In this document: one piece after another, positions 9,689 through 19,118 of the stretch
Position numbering within the stretch: the stretch's first letter is position 1
How the letters are laid out: every line of letters begins with the position of its first letter
Assembly (NCBI GenBank): GCA_963827685.1
Contig: CAWHBU010000006.1
Coordinates: 192,001-256,000 of the forward strand
Length of the DNA: 64,000 nt
Origin: an uncultured delta proteobacterium
GTDB taxonomy: Bacteria; Desulfobacterota; BSN033; UBA1163
Reading direction: 5' to 3'
Notes under the pieces: model-generated
Told to the model about the DNA's origin: nothing
Database searches by the model: none
Seen by the model: the letters and a program-made list of their open reading frames with translations, nothing else
Position numbers and translations under genes: made by a program

Positions 9689-10837
9689 ATGAACAAAAAG
9701 GCATTGGCTATTCTCAGCGTAGGCCATTTAGTCACGGATATCAATCCAGGAGCCCTTCCCGTCCTTCTCCCCTTCTTTAAAGAAGTCTTAAATCTCTCCT
9801 ATACGATGGCAGGGACTATTCTTCTTTTTGGAAATCTCACTTCCTCTGTCATCCAACCTGCATTTGGATTCCTCTCTGATAGACGCCCAACAAAATGGTT
9901 TCTTCCTCTGACCCCTCTGATTGCATGTTTAGGAATTTCCATCGCTGGTTTTATTCCTAGCTATTCCCTTCTGCTCATTTGTGTCATTCTAACTGGTATT
10001 GGGATTGCAAGCTTCCACCCAGAAGCATTTAAAATAGCCAATTTTTTTGCAGGAGAAAAAAAGGCAACTGGGATTTCGATCTTTTATGTGGGTGGAAATT
10101 TAGGGTTTGCGCTCGGTCCGATTTGGGTATTAACACTTGTCACCTCCTTTGGTCTCAAGGGAACATTATGGATGATCATCCCAGGAATTTTATTGACCGT
10201 GATTTTATTGTTTTCCATGTCCTGGTTAACTACCCCAGTCCATTCTGCCTTTAAACAAGAAAAGAAGATCAAACAGCCTCTTTCAAAAAGGCAGATGGTA
10301 CCGCTCCTTCTTTTAATTTGTATTGTCATTGTTAGATCATGGGCCCACCTTGGTTTAATCACTTACATTCCTTTCTATTACATAAACTATCTAAAAGGGG
10401 AACCCCTTTATGCAGGGAAACTTGTTTCGACCTTCTTGTTTACAGGTGCCGTAGGTACAATCGTTGGAGCTCCAATCGCTGATTGGTGGAGTCACAAAAA
10501 ATTTCTTTTGATTACGCTGATATTGACATTTCCTCTCCTTCTCCTTTTCTATAACAGCAGTGGCCCCATGGCTTTTATCTTCTTGGGAATTTCGGGAATG
10601 GTATTAATCTCCTCATTTTCCCCTGCGCTCGTAATGGCACAGACCCTCCTCCCTGAACATTTGGGAATGGTCTCAGGGCTGATGGTTGGGTTTGCCGTGG
10701 GTGCCGGAGGAATTGGAGTCACACTTCTCGGGACGATCGCAGATACCTGGGGAGTACCTATGGCGTTGAAAACTATCTTTGTGATGCCCTTGATCGCATT
10801 TGGCCTCGGTCTAATGGTAAAGTATCCTCCGAAATGA
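9689..10837 (+). CDS. MFS transporter, Fsr (fosmidomycin resistance)-like
   Basis: GHLVTD...LP.LLP, QPAFGFLSDR, FHPEA, GGNLGFALGP; multi-TM. Confidence 0.85.
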   Translation: MNKKALAILSVGHLVTDINPGALPVLLPFFKEVLNLSYTMAGTILLFGNLTSSVIQPAFGFLSDRRPTKWFLPLTPLIACLGISIAGFIPSYSLLLICVILTGIGIASFHPEAFKIANFFAGEKKATGISIFYVGGNLGFALGPIWVLTLVTSFGLKGTLWMIIPGILLTVILLFSMSWLTTPVHSAFKQEKKIKQPLSKRQMVPLLLLICIVIVRSWAHLGLITYIPFYYINYLKGEPLYAGKLVSTFLFTGAVGTIVGAPIADWWSHKKFLLITLILTFPLLLLFYNSSGPMAFIFLGISGMVLISSFSPALVMAQTLLPEHLGMVSGLMVGFAVGAGGIGVTLLGTIADTWGVPMALKTIFVMPLIAFGLGLMVKYPPK

Positions 10838-10854
10838 CTGGTAATAGATAATTA

Positions 10855-10953
10855 ATGATCTTGGTGATGAGTGGAGCAGGTTTTATCGGTTCCCATCTTT
10901 GAGGCCAACTCCTCAAGGATGGATACCATCTGATTTGTCTGGGCAACTTCAAC
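10855..10953 (+). pseudogene. Remnant of NAD-dependent epimerase/dehydratase N-terminus
   Basis: MILVMSGAGFIGSHL*GQLLKDGYHLICLGNF matches the ILVTGGAGFIGSHLC..LL..G..V.CLDNF consensus; internal stop, truncated. Confidence 0.7.
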
Positions 10954-11619
10954 AGAGAGTATTTCTCAAGAACACTATTTCCTCAGAACCTTTTCATTTA
11001 TCAAAGGACTAACGGTTTAAACTACCGTGAAGCGGTTTCGTTCATCTTGCCACTATACGTAACTCCTTGAAAGTTGCAATATAAAAACCGTATTGAAACC
11101 CTTGCCCCAAAGAACCTCCCTCCCTTTATTCCTTCCTTTCACCCCCAGTATTTTTCTCAGATAAAGAATCAGGGATAAGTCCAATCAGCTAAATATATAA
11201 ATTTTCGATCCGACCATTTTCTTCATCGAAAGCACCAGAGAACCCCCTCAATCCGAATAGCCATCTTTGAAGCTTCTAACCAATTTTGAGGCAGTAGGTT
11301 TCATAGGTAAACCCCACCCTGGGGCTACAGTAGACAGGAGGATTCTGCTCTCGGCCCTGATTCTACTGTGATTACTCGCGATACCCCTCCAGAATCCATC
11401 CTTCAAATAATTGGCTTGTCCTAAAATACCTGTCCCATTTCCCCCTCACACCCGCCAGAATAATCCAAAGGTTCCCTTGCTCTCTTGATCCAGTAACCCT
11501 TACCTATTTGTAACCCCTTCGACAAGGCTACCTGCCCAATAGTCTCTTCCTTTTCGGATTCGAAGCAACGTTCCTTCTTCATACAGTGAAAAAACAATTC
11601 AACAAGAAAGGAGGCTTCC

Positions 11620-12114
11620 ATGAACTCAGTTCCAGAAATCCGCAGAGAAAAAGTTTTCATTCCTCCAGAAATGCCAGTGCAAGAAATTAAGGAGAAATAC
11701 TGTTTGTCATCAAAAAGGGCACGAGAAGCTATGAAACAAGGTTTCTTCGTGAAGAACTATTCCAAGAAGCAAATCATCATCGACCCTGAAAATTTCGATC
11801 CAGCCGTTTCATACTCCACTGCGAAGAGGGTCTACTGGAAGAACTTTTCCTTGAATAAAGTGGCACAAAGTATCAAAGATGACTTAATTCAAGAGGCCGT
11901 GACGAGAATGTATGAATTGAGTGGGAAGGTCAAGGAGAGAGCGAATGAAAAATATGGTATTGGCTATGCCTATTTTTACGTAGCGCATAATGCAATGCTG
12001 GCCTTTCTCAAGAGCTGGCAGCGTCACACCAGATCCAGAATTCCTGGAGATATTGGGGATACGGAGGTGCTTACAAAGATTTACAAATCCAAGAAACCGA
12101 TGTTGATTTCATGA
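11620..12114 (+). CDS. Hypothetical protein with sigma-70 region-2-like C-terminal half (MGE-like)
   Basis: Strong RBS AAAGGAGG; DDLIQEA..RMYE...YFYVAHNAMLAFLK resembles ECF/phage sigma region 2. Confidence 0.55.
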   Translation: MNSVPEIRREKVFIPPEMPVQEIKEKYCLSSKRAREAMKQGFFVKNYSKKQIIIDPENFDPAVSYSTAKRVYWKNFSLNKVAQSIKDDLIQEAVTRMYELSGKVKERANEKYGIGYAYFYVAHNAMLAFLKSWQRHTRSRIPGDIGDTEVLTKIYKSKKPMLIS

Positions 12115-12246
12115 TGGAGGATAGGCTGAGGGTCTGGTCGTCTATCGATAATGTCAAAGATGGTTTGGGAGACAAAACACAAATTCTATTTATTAGACGG
12201 CGATCCGCTTGTGGGGGAACTGGTCTCTACTGACCGGACACATTTT

Positions 12247-12821
12247 TCAAATTGTCAAAGCAATCTTAAATTGTCTGAGGACGTACCTCCACTCACTTTG
12301 TGGGGGAACATTTTGTCGGTCGATTGTGATCCGATTCACCAAATGCTTATCATGGATCATAAGGAGATTCTCAGCATCATTCTCCTCAGCAGCCTTGGTG
12401 AAATTGAAAGACCCGGTAATCACTGTCTCCCCATCTATTATCATCACTTTATTGTGGGCTATGGCGTATTGAGCATCTATTTTGACAGGTATCCCTTGGT
12501 TATAGAGAGAAAGGTGGCTGATGAATACTTCTGTGTCCTTTGGCTCTTATCCAGAATGACTTCTATCTTGACCCCGCTTTTGTTGGCATTCAACAGGGCT
12601 TTAGCAATTGGTGCGGATGTGAAAGAGTAGGCTTGGACGAGGATGCTGCTCTTGGCTTTATTCAATTCCCGGATAATGGCATCTGTGCAGCCTCCGTGTG
12701 GGGAAAAGTAAACTTCCCAGGTGCAGGCGGTAGGTTTTTCTTGGGATATGGTGGTGGGCGGGGATAAAGCAATCCAGAGGGTAATGGTGAAGAGCGCAAG
12801 TAAAGCGGTTATTCGATTCAT
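12247..12821 (-). pseudogene. Phospholipase D-family (Nuc-like) secreted nuclease, frameshifted
   Basis: Signal peptide + EVYFSPHGGCT..AYSFTS..ILDKSQ; removing 2 nt in a TCTCTCT run (~12505) restores FLYNQGIPVKID..AHNKVMIID..TGSFNF (HKD motif). Confidence 0.85.
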
Positions 12822-12948
12822 TCTCCCTCAGGTACTAATCCCCATATCCTCTTCAAGGGTAACTCTGCCTTTAGCTCATCATCGAAGTGTTCCCTTTACT
12901 TTATTTTCAAGAGTATCCCTATCAAATCCCTCCTCAGACTCTTTCCCA

Positions 12949-13305
12949 TCAAAATGGTACGTCCTCATTCTCTTGTGTCTCATTGATCGAGCCTGCAATG
13001 GGTGCTATTCCCACATCACTATCACACGCTTCAAAGATTAAACTATTTAGTTTGGGATCGCCCCTCTCAAAATATTTTAACTCGGCCCAAAGACTAGAGA
13101 GGTGTATAATTATTTCTTTTTCAACTCTTTCTTTGTTTCCTCTGATTCCAATTCTAATTGATTTGTTCCTTCTTAATATCCCGCCCATGGGAGGTTCATA
13201 CACCTGAATGTAATTAAATCGTAAGCCAAAAACATAGTGTGCCACTGCGTGACTCGCTTCGTGGATAGCCGTTCCTAATAACATTTTTTCCGGTTTCATC
13301 TTCAT
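12949..13305 (-). CDS. Small HExxH metalloprotease-like protein (M41/M50-like), possibly truncated
   Basis: TAIHEASHAVA motif. Confidence 0.55.
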   Translation of the reverse strand: MKMKPEKMLLGTAIHEASHAVAHYVFGLRFNYIQVYEPPMGGILRRNKSIRIGIRGNKERVEKEIIIHLSSLWAELKYFERGDPKLNSLIFEACDSDVGIAPIAGSINETQENEDVPF

Positions 13306-13668
13306 CTCTATTACCCTCCGTTACTTTCTTGGGAAGGACGCTCTGGTTTTTTGTTGTCAGTCACAACTCCTTTATCGCCTCCCATAATAGAAATACCGGC
13401 CAAAGCTGGACCACAAAACCGAAAAGATCATCAAGGGTGTAGATGCTACATAGAAATGTCCGTCGGGGTATAAATGTAGAGAACTTTTCTTTGAGATAAG
13501 AAAGTCTTGAAGGAGGGCGAACCGATAAGAAGGAATGATTTACGGGATTGCGTCCCTATTCAGAATCTATACCCATTTCACTCAAACGAGGAACACCCTG
13601 AGTAGATTTACTGATCCTCGGCACCACTACTGCTTTGTTAGGAGGGCGTTGTGGGAGTGAGTTTGGGT

Positions 13669-13717
13669 GGGAGACCAATGGGACAAAAAGTTTCTGAGGG
13701 AGAACATTTGGAGAACA
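13669..13717. other. Short direct repeats resembling tyrosine-integrase arm sites next to ssrA 3' end
   Basis: GGGAGACCA, ATGGGACA, GGGAGAACA, TGGAGAACA clustered 60-110 bp beyond the ssrA CCA. Confidence 0.4.
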
Positions 13718-13733
13718 GAAATTCAAAGAGGTC

Positions 13734-13772
13734 AAAAAGAAAAAGCCCTTTAATTTCAAGGGCCTTTTCTTC
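13734..13772 (-). terminator. Intrinsic terminator after ssrA
   Basis: AGAAAAGGCCCTT-loop-AAGGGCTTTTTCT followed by a U run on the minus strand. Confidence 0.75.
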
Positions 13773-13778
13773 TCAATA

Positions 13779-14133
13779 TGGTGGAGGCGGCGGGAATCGA
13801 ACCCGCGTCCGAGAACCTTCCGGCAGAGCATCTACATACATAGCCTATGTTTTAGATTCGCCCTTCCAAACTCCCACAGGCAGGATTCCAGAAGAACTAG
13901 CTTATGAAGATTCGCTCCTCACCCTATAAGCGTCGGGGAGAAACTATCCTGTTTTTCTGACATCCCTTTCCACCCCACAGGAAGGAATGGGAGGGACGCT
14001 AGCTGCGCTTAGGCAGCCAGGGCATAATCGTAGTTGTTTGCGATTATGTTTAACCCCATTTGTTTTACGAGCCAATGGGACCTCGGCATGCAGCCCTGAC
14101 GTCAACGATCCCCGTCGAACCCTTTTCGCCCCC
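13779..14133 (-). ncRNA. ssrA: tmRNA; tag peptide (A)ANNYDYALAA* at 14009-14041
   Basis: 5' GGGGGCG..GGTTCGAC; 3' GGTTCGATTCCCGCCGCCTCCACCA; acceptor stem with G3.U; tag ends YALAA. Confidence 0.97.
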
Positions 14134-14563
14134 TTTCCATCTCACGTTCCATGGTTCTCTTCTTGAGAGTCTCCCTCTTATCAAAGAGCTTCTTTCCTTT
14201 TGCGAGAGCGAGATCAACCTTAACCCTTCCATCGACAAAGTAGAGCTTGATCGGAATCAGCGTATACCCCCTCTGCTCCACTTTGCCAATGAGGCGCTTG
14301 ATCTCCTTCTTGTGAAGGAGGAGTTTCCTTGTCCTCAATGGATCGTGATTCAATCTGTTTGCCTGGGGATAAGGGCTGATATGAGCATCGACAAGAAAGA
14401 CCTCACCTCTTTTAATATCGCCGTAACTATCGCCCAGGTTGACTTTTCCGTCCCGTAAGGACTTGACCTCGGAACCAAGCAAGGATATCCCGGCCCGGTA
14501 TGTCTCTTCGATGAAGTAATTATGAAATGCCTTTTTGTTCTGACAAATCAACTTTTCTCCCAT
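14102..14563 (-). CDS. smpB: SsrA-binding protein
   Basis: [40 protein letters not shown]; last 32 nt lie within tmRNA. Confidence 0.97.
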   Translation of the reverse strand: MGEKLICQNKKAFHNYFIEETYRAGISLLGSEVKSLRDGKVNLGDSYGDIKRGEVFLVDAHISPYPQANRLNHDPLRTRKLLLHKKEIKRLIGKVEQRGYTLIPIKLYFVDGRVKVDLALAKGKKLFDKRETLKKRTMEREMERGRKGFDGDR

Positions 14564-14782
14564 CTCTCAAAACCACGCATAGAGCACAGCGCTAAGCGCA
14601 TAGCGATAACAAAGTCAAATAGCTAGGTTAATAGGAAAATCACCTTCTTGGCTATTTATATTTATTTTAGCGGAAAAATAGATTTAAATCAAAGAATTCC
14701 TTCACTCTAAATGCTTTCCTCCCATCAAGGGAAAGGAGAAAAGAGGTCAATTTGCTGGTGGGTTCTTACGCCATGCCCCATG

Positions 14783-14815
14783 CCTGCCTGCACGAAGCGT
14801 TTCGGCGAAGGCAGG
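14783..14815. repeat. CCTGCC...GGCAGG palindromic repeat (other copies 17794-17827, short form ~54872-54890)
   Basis: CCTGCCTGCACGAAGCGTTTCGGCGAAGGCAGG vs CCTGCCTGCGCGAAGCCGCTTCGGCGAAGGCAGG. Confidence 0.75.
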
Positions 14816-14836
14816 CGCTCTGCGCTCTGCGTTCTT

Positions 14837-17008
14837 TTAAACATGGACGGGGAGTTCGATGAGGAAGGTCGTGCCTTTGGGTTTGTTGTCCCGTACCCGG
14901 ATATATCCGTTGTGATCAGAGATGATGGCATTGACAATGGCCAGCCCTAATCCCGTCCCACTTTTTTTGGTGGAGAAATAGGGCTCGAATAGTCTCTCTT
15001 TGTCCTCTTCAGAGATCCCACAACCATCGTCACTCACCTCAAGGTGGACTGTCTGCAATTTGGGATTGTAGCTTGTCTGGATTCTGATCTTCCCTCCGTT
15101 TTCGATGGCGGCAAGACTATTTTTGACCAAATTGATCATCACCCGCTTCATCTGATCCCGGTCGACATTGAGGACAGGAAGCTCGTTGGGAACAAATTCA
15201 AAATGGACTTGTTTTTGGAATCCCTGAAAGAGCGCGAGCGTCTCCTGAATGATCTCATTGAGATGATTGGGAGTAGGTTGGGAAGCGGGCATTCGAGCAA
15301 AGTTTGAGAATTCATTAACCATCGTTTTCAATTCTTCAACCTGTTTCACAATCGTCCGGGTGCACTCATCAAAGACCGTCCCATCGGGTTGAACTTTTTC
15401 CAAGTACCTTTTCCTCAGCCGTTGGGCAGAAAGTTGGATAGGGGTCAAAGGATTTTTGATCTCATGGGCAATCCGGCGGGCCACCTCCCTCCAGGCCGCC
15501 ATCCTCTGGGCTTTAATCAACTGGGTGAGGTCGTCGAAGACAGCCACGATACCGAGCGATTTTCCCTCTTCATCCTTGAGGGTCGTCAGATTGATCAACA
15601 GGGATAAAGATTTTCCCTCCAAGTTCACAACGACCTGTCTCTCAATGGAATCTTTCCGAGCAGATTTGAGTTCGTTCAATAATCGCTCAATCTGTCCCAC
15701 ATACTCCTTTGGCAATACCTGGGAGAAATCTTTCTCCAAGACTGCTTCTCCTTTGATCTCTAACATCTGCTCCGCGGAAGTGTTGATTGTCGTCACATTT
15801 CCTTTCTCATCGATGGAGATCACTCCAGCGGCCACATTTTTCAGGACGATCTCCATGTATTTCTTTCGTTGTTCCAACTCAGAACGGCTCACCTGGAGGT
15901 CCCCCGTCATCTGATTGAAGGATTGGACAAGCATCCCAATCTCATCGGCCGCTTTCATCTGAATTCGGAAATTGAGATCTCCTGAAGCAATCCGAGAGGT
16001 GGCCTCTGCCAAGTCTTTGATGGGAACCGTAATATCCTTGGCTAAATGGAAACCGAACCAAGTGGCTGAGAAGACGATGAGAAGGGTCACCATCAGCAAA
16101 GCCATCATGTAGCTAAACTTGATCGGCTTTTTCAAAATCTTCAATTGCTTATATTCCACAAAAGCCTGCGAGATCTCACGCATCTTGACCGTTAGACTTT
16201 TCGGAATAAAATGCGATGCCACAACGATTCCCACTACCCCCCCTCCTTCCGAAACGTTGAAAATGGGGGCGATACCAGTAATCATCTCTCCTTCTCCCAC
16301 AGACAAAATTCTGGAAACCTCTTTCCCTGATAGCCCTGCATCTAAAAAATCCTTTGGAAGTTGGAGAGAAACAGGTTTGAGCGTGGGATCCTCTACTCGA
16401 ATCATATTCCCCTCTCCCTCCAAAAATATCCCGAGGGTGCTGAGATAGTATTCTTTTCGTTTGGCTTCCAGCTGTTCCCTCAAAAAGTTCAATTCTCTTG
16501 ATCCCTTGTGAATACCTTGTTCGGAGAGGGACTTACTGACCTGTTGAGCGGCGGAGACCACGTCGTTGGCAAAATCTCGATAATAGGTCTGCGCCACTTC
16601 TAAGGATCCTTGAAGGGACTGCTCTACCTGGGCGCTAAACCAATGTTCCACACTATTGGTGATGAAGCCCACGGCTACCAAAAAGAGAAGGATGGTTGGA
16701 ACGAGGGAAAGGCTGACAAAAGCCACCACCAATTTGGTCCTGAGCCTGGCTCCCAGAACTTTCCGTTTCCGCTCAAAGATCAGTTTTACAAGATTCCGGA
16801 TCACCAAAAAGATCAGGAGGAGAATCAGGATGATGTTAATATTAATGAGGCTGAAGATAATGATATTGTTGGCAACAGGGATTTTCCCTCCTATTTGGGG
16901 GAATTTCATCTCGATGGTTGTAAAGATGAGAATGAGGATGGAGATGATCCCAATGATAATTAGCTCATTTCGGCGTCTTCTTGCATCAGGGGAAAGTGCT
17001 TTCTTCAT
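14837..17008 (-). CDS. NtrY-like HAMP/PAS sensor histidine kinase
   Basis: RLRTKLV.AFV.LSLVP, AWREVARRIAHEIKNPLTPIQLSA, FEPYFSTK..GTGLGL. Confidence 0.9.
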   Translation of the reverse strand: MKKALSPDARRRRNELIIIGIISILILIFTTIEMKFPQIGGKIPVANNIIIFSLININIILILLLIFLVIRNLVKLIFERKRKVLGARLRTKLVVAFVSLSLVPTILLFLVAVGFITNSVEHWFSAQVEQSLQGSLEVAQTYYRDFANDVVSAAQQVSKSLSEQGIHKGSRELNFLREQLEAKRKEYYLSTLGIFLEGEGNMIRVEDPTLKPVSLQLPKDFLDAGLSGKEVSRILSVGEGEMITGIAPIFNVSEGGGVVGIVVASHFIPKSLTVKMREISQAFVEYKQLKILKKPIKFSYMMALLMVTLLIVFSATWFGFHLAKDITVPIKDLAEATSRIASGDLNFRIQMKAADEIGMLVQSFNQMTGDLQVSRSELEQRKKYMEIVLKNVAAGVISIDEKGNVTTINTSAEQMLEIKGEAVLEKDFSQVLPKEYVGQIERLLNELKSARKDSIERQVVVNLEGKSLSLLINLTTLKDEEGKSLGIVAVFDDLTQLIKAQRMAAWREVARRIAHEIKNPLTPIQLSAQRLRKRYLEKVQPDGTVFDECTRTIVKQVEELKTMVNEFSNFARMPASQPTPNHLNEIIQETLALFQGFQKQVHFEFVPNELPVLNVDRDQMKRVMINLVKNSLAAIENGGKIRIQTSYNPKLQTVHLEVSDDGCGISEEDKERLFEPYFSTKKSGTGLGLAIVNAIISDHNGYIRVRDNKPKGTTFLIELPVHV

Positions 17009-17084
17009 CGTTACCCTGTTTCTCCTATTAACTTGCCCAATCCCCACCGCTCCCTTTTAGCAAGAGGGGACGGGGGAGGATTTT

Positions 17085-17657
17085 TTATGACGGAAGAGGT
17101 TCGAGATGCCAATCGGTTTCAAAATCCCATAAAGAGACGAAAAAGAAGAGATACTCTAAATGTAGAGGAAGCCTGACCGGGTCCAATTCAGCCTTGATCC
17201 AAAAATAAGCAGGAGCTCCTGGTTTGAATTGGGAGGGAGTTTGAAATTCCAACTCTTTCACTCTTGACATCAGCCTTTTGGCCTCCTCCAAACTTGAAAC
17301 GGCCAACGGGGGATGCTTCTCTCCTAATTTTACTTGATACACTTTTTGAATGGGATGGTACTGAACTGTGTGATGAAACTCGACAGAGGCAACTTTCCGA
17401 TCTTTCCACCAACTTCTCTTCTGATAAAGACGAACATAAAAGGTAAAGGTCGTCCGCATTCCTGACTGGATAGCCTCCTCCATCTTATTTGTGAAACAGT
17501 TCTCTACATCAAAACTGACCTTCCAAACTCTATTCGTCCCCTTCACATTGACATCTTTGATGGCAGCTTTTTGGCAGAGGGCCGAAAGGGGATGAATCAA
17601 GATTAGAAGGAAAACCACCCCTCCGATTATCCACTTTTTAGGAATCCGAAGTTGCAT
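17085..17657 (-). CDS. DUF4390-like exported protein
   Basis: Signal peptide, MEEAIQSG...F, C-terminal WDFETDW; usual neighbour of ntrY. Confidence 0.7.
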   Translation of the reverse strand: MQLRIPKKWIIGGVVFLLILIHPLSALCQKAAIKDVNVKGTNRVWKVSFDVENCFTNKMEEAIQSGMRTTFTFYVRLYQKRSWWKDRKVASVEFHHTVQYHPIQKVYQVKLGEKHPPLAVSSLEEAKRLMSRVKELEFQTPSQFKPGAPAYFWIKAELDPVRLPLHLEYLFFFVSLWDFETDWHLEPLPS

Positions 17658-17717
17658 GCAAACCCTTTAAATTTAAAATCCGAAATTTGGATCCCCCGAC
17701 CCTTTCCTTCCCCTCAA

Positions 17718-17994
17718 GGAACTGTGTCGTAATGGGGATAAGTGGCAGAAATTCTAAAAAACGGGATAGACAGACGGGTGAGAAAGCTTTAGACCTGCCT
17801 GCGCGAAGCCGCTTCGGCGAAGGCAGGGCGCAACCTTTGAACTATGAGACTCAGGAATTTCAAGGTCATAAAAGAATTGATTTTCTTGTGACAACGACAA
17901 TGACCTCTAACCTTAAACGTGCGCATTCTAAAGCTTTGCAATCCGGCTGCTTGTTCCGTTTTTACCTACCTCCATTCGATTACGACACACTCTC
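17718..17994. mobile_element. MITE-like element inserted in a REP-like palindrome
   Basis: Terminal IR GGAACTGTGTCGTAAT / ATTACGACACACTCTC; flanks CCTTTCCTTCCCC and GGGGAGGAAGGGG are complementary; no convincing ORF. Confidence 0.6.
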
Positions 17995-18026
17995 CAGGTG
18001 GGGAGGAAGGGGATGATATAAAAAAA

Positions 18027-18610
18027 GGGGAGCCGAAGGGAACCATAAGCCGAGTTCTGTCATCCCGACCCCGCTTTTCAGCGGGAATCGGGAGGATGGC
18101 CATTTATCTAGGGCCCTGATTGCCCAGGGTCTCAAGCGACCTTACCCGTTCCGCCTTTGTCCCGATGCAATAGCCTCGGGAACAAATTTGAATGGGCTTT
18201 TCTTATCCTCCCAGTGGAATAGGCGAAACCGCCATTCCACTGGGGGAAGCGGAACCTATTTGGTCTTGCTCCAGGTGGGGTTTACCTAGCTACCCCAATC
18301 GCTCAGGGTACTGGTGAGCTCTTACCTCACCTTTTCACCCTTACCCACCAAGGCTCTCGCCTTGGAGTTCGGAGTTGATAGTTCGGAGTTAAAAGCACTA
18401 AACTCTTAACTCTTCACTCATAACTCTTAACTCCCCGCTATCAGCGGGGCAGGCGGTATGTTTTCTGTGGCACTTTCCTTATCCCGCCTTAGCGGGACAG
18501 TCCGTATTACGGACCACCCTGCCCTGTGGAGCTCGGACTTTCCTCCCCTCCTGATCTCTACTTCACGTGATCTCAGAAGGAGCGACCATCTACTTCCCTT
18601 CGACTCCCCC
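18027..18610 (-). ncRNA. rnpB: RNase P RNA, type A, expanded (~580 nt)
   Basis: GAGGAAAGTCCGAGCTC, AGTGCCACAGAAA, GGTAAACCCC..GAGCAAG, ACAGAACTCGGCTTA; P1 GGGGAGTCGAAGGGAA/TTCCCTTCGGCTCCCC. Confidence 0.95.
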
Positions 18611-18671
18611 CTTTCCTGAGATTTCTGAAAACACCTCGAGATCTCTAATCAAGAGAGCCCATCGTATTTTT

Positions 18672-19118
18672 TCAGAGCCTTCTTCCTTTTTCCTTTGCCA
18701 TCCTCTTCTGGATGGCCTGATTTGCCAAACGGTCTGCCTCTTTGTTCTCTTCCCTTGGAATGGATTGGATCTCAAAGGATGAAAAAGTTTTTAAATTCTG
18801 GAGTACTCTTTTGTGGAGAGTCTTTAAATTCAAATCCTTCACGCGATAGACCCCCTTAATTTGTCTTTCGACCAGTTCCGAATCCGTGAAGATTTTGACG
18901 GTGCCACCCCCCAATCGCTTCGCCTCCCTCAGCCCTAAAAGAAGGGCCCAGTATTCTGCCTCGTTATTCGTCTTGTGGCCGAGAAATCGGCTCACCTCCG
19001 AGACTTTCCTCCCTTCTCCATCCGTAATCCAAATTCCTGCCCCTGCCCTTCCGGGATTTCCCCTGGAGGCCCCATCAATATAAATAACCAATCGACTTTC
19101 TGGCCCCAGGGATTTCAT
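18672..19118 (-). CDS. rnhA: Ribonuclease HI
   Basis: DGASRGNPG.AGAG, TNNEAEY, TDSELV, REENKEADRLAN; ATGA coupling to upstream gene. Confidence 0.9.
   Translation of the reverse strand: MKSLGPESRLVIYIDGASRGNPGRAGAGIWITDGEGRKVSEVSRFLGHKTNNEAEYWALLLGLREAKRLGGGTVKIFTDSELVERQIKGVYRVKDLNLKTLHKRVLQNLKTFSSFEIQSIPREENKEADRLANQAIQKRMAKEKGRRL

Noticed and set aside
10900-10902. TGA in the epimerase fragment as selenocysteine
   Set aside because: The gene is truncated soon after and no SECIS-like hairpin is seen; ordinary decay
13556-14458. ORFs 13556-13831, 13651-13929 and 14060-14458
   Set aside because: They overlap tmRNA or are antisense to smpB; no protein motifs
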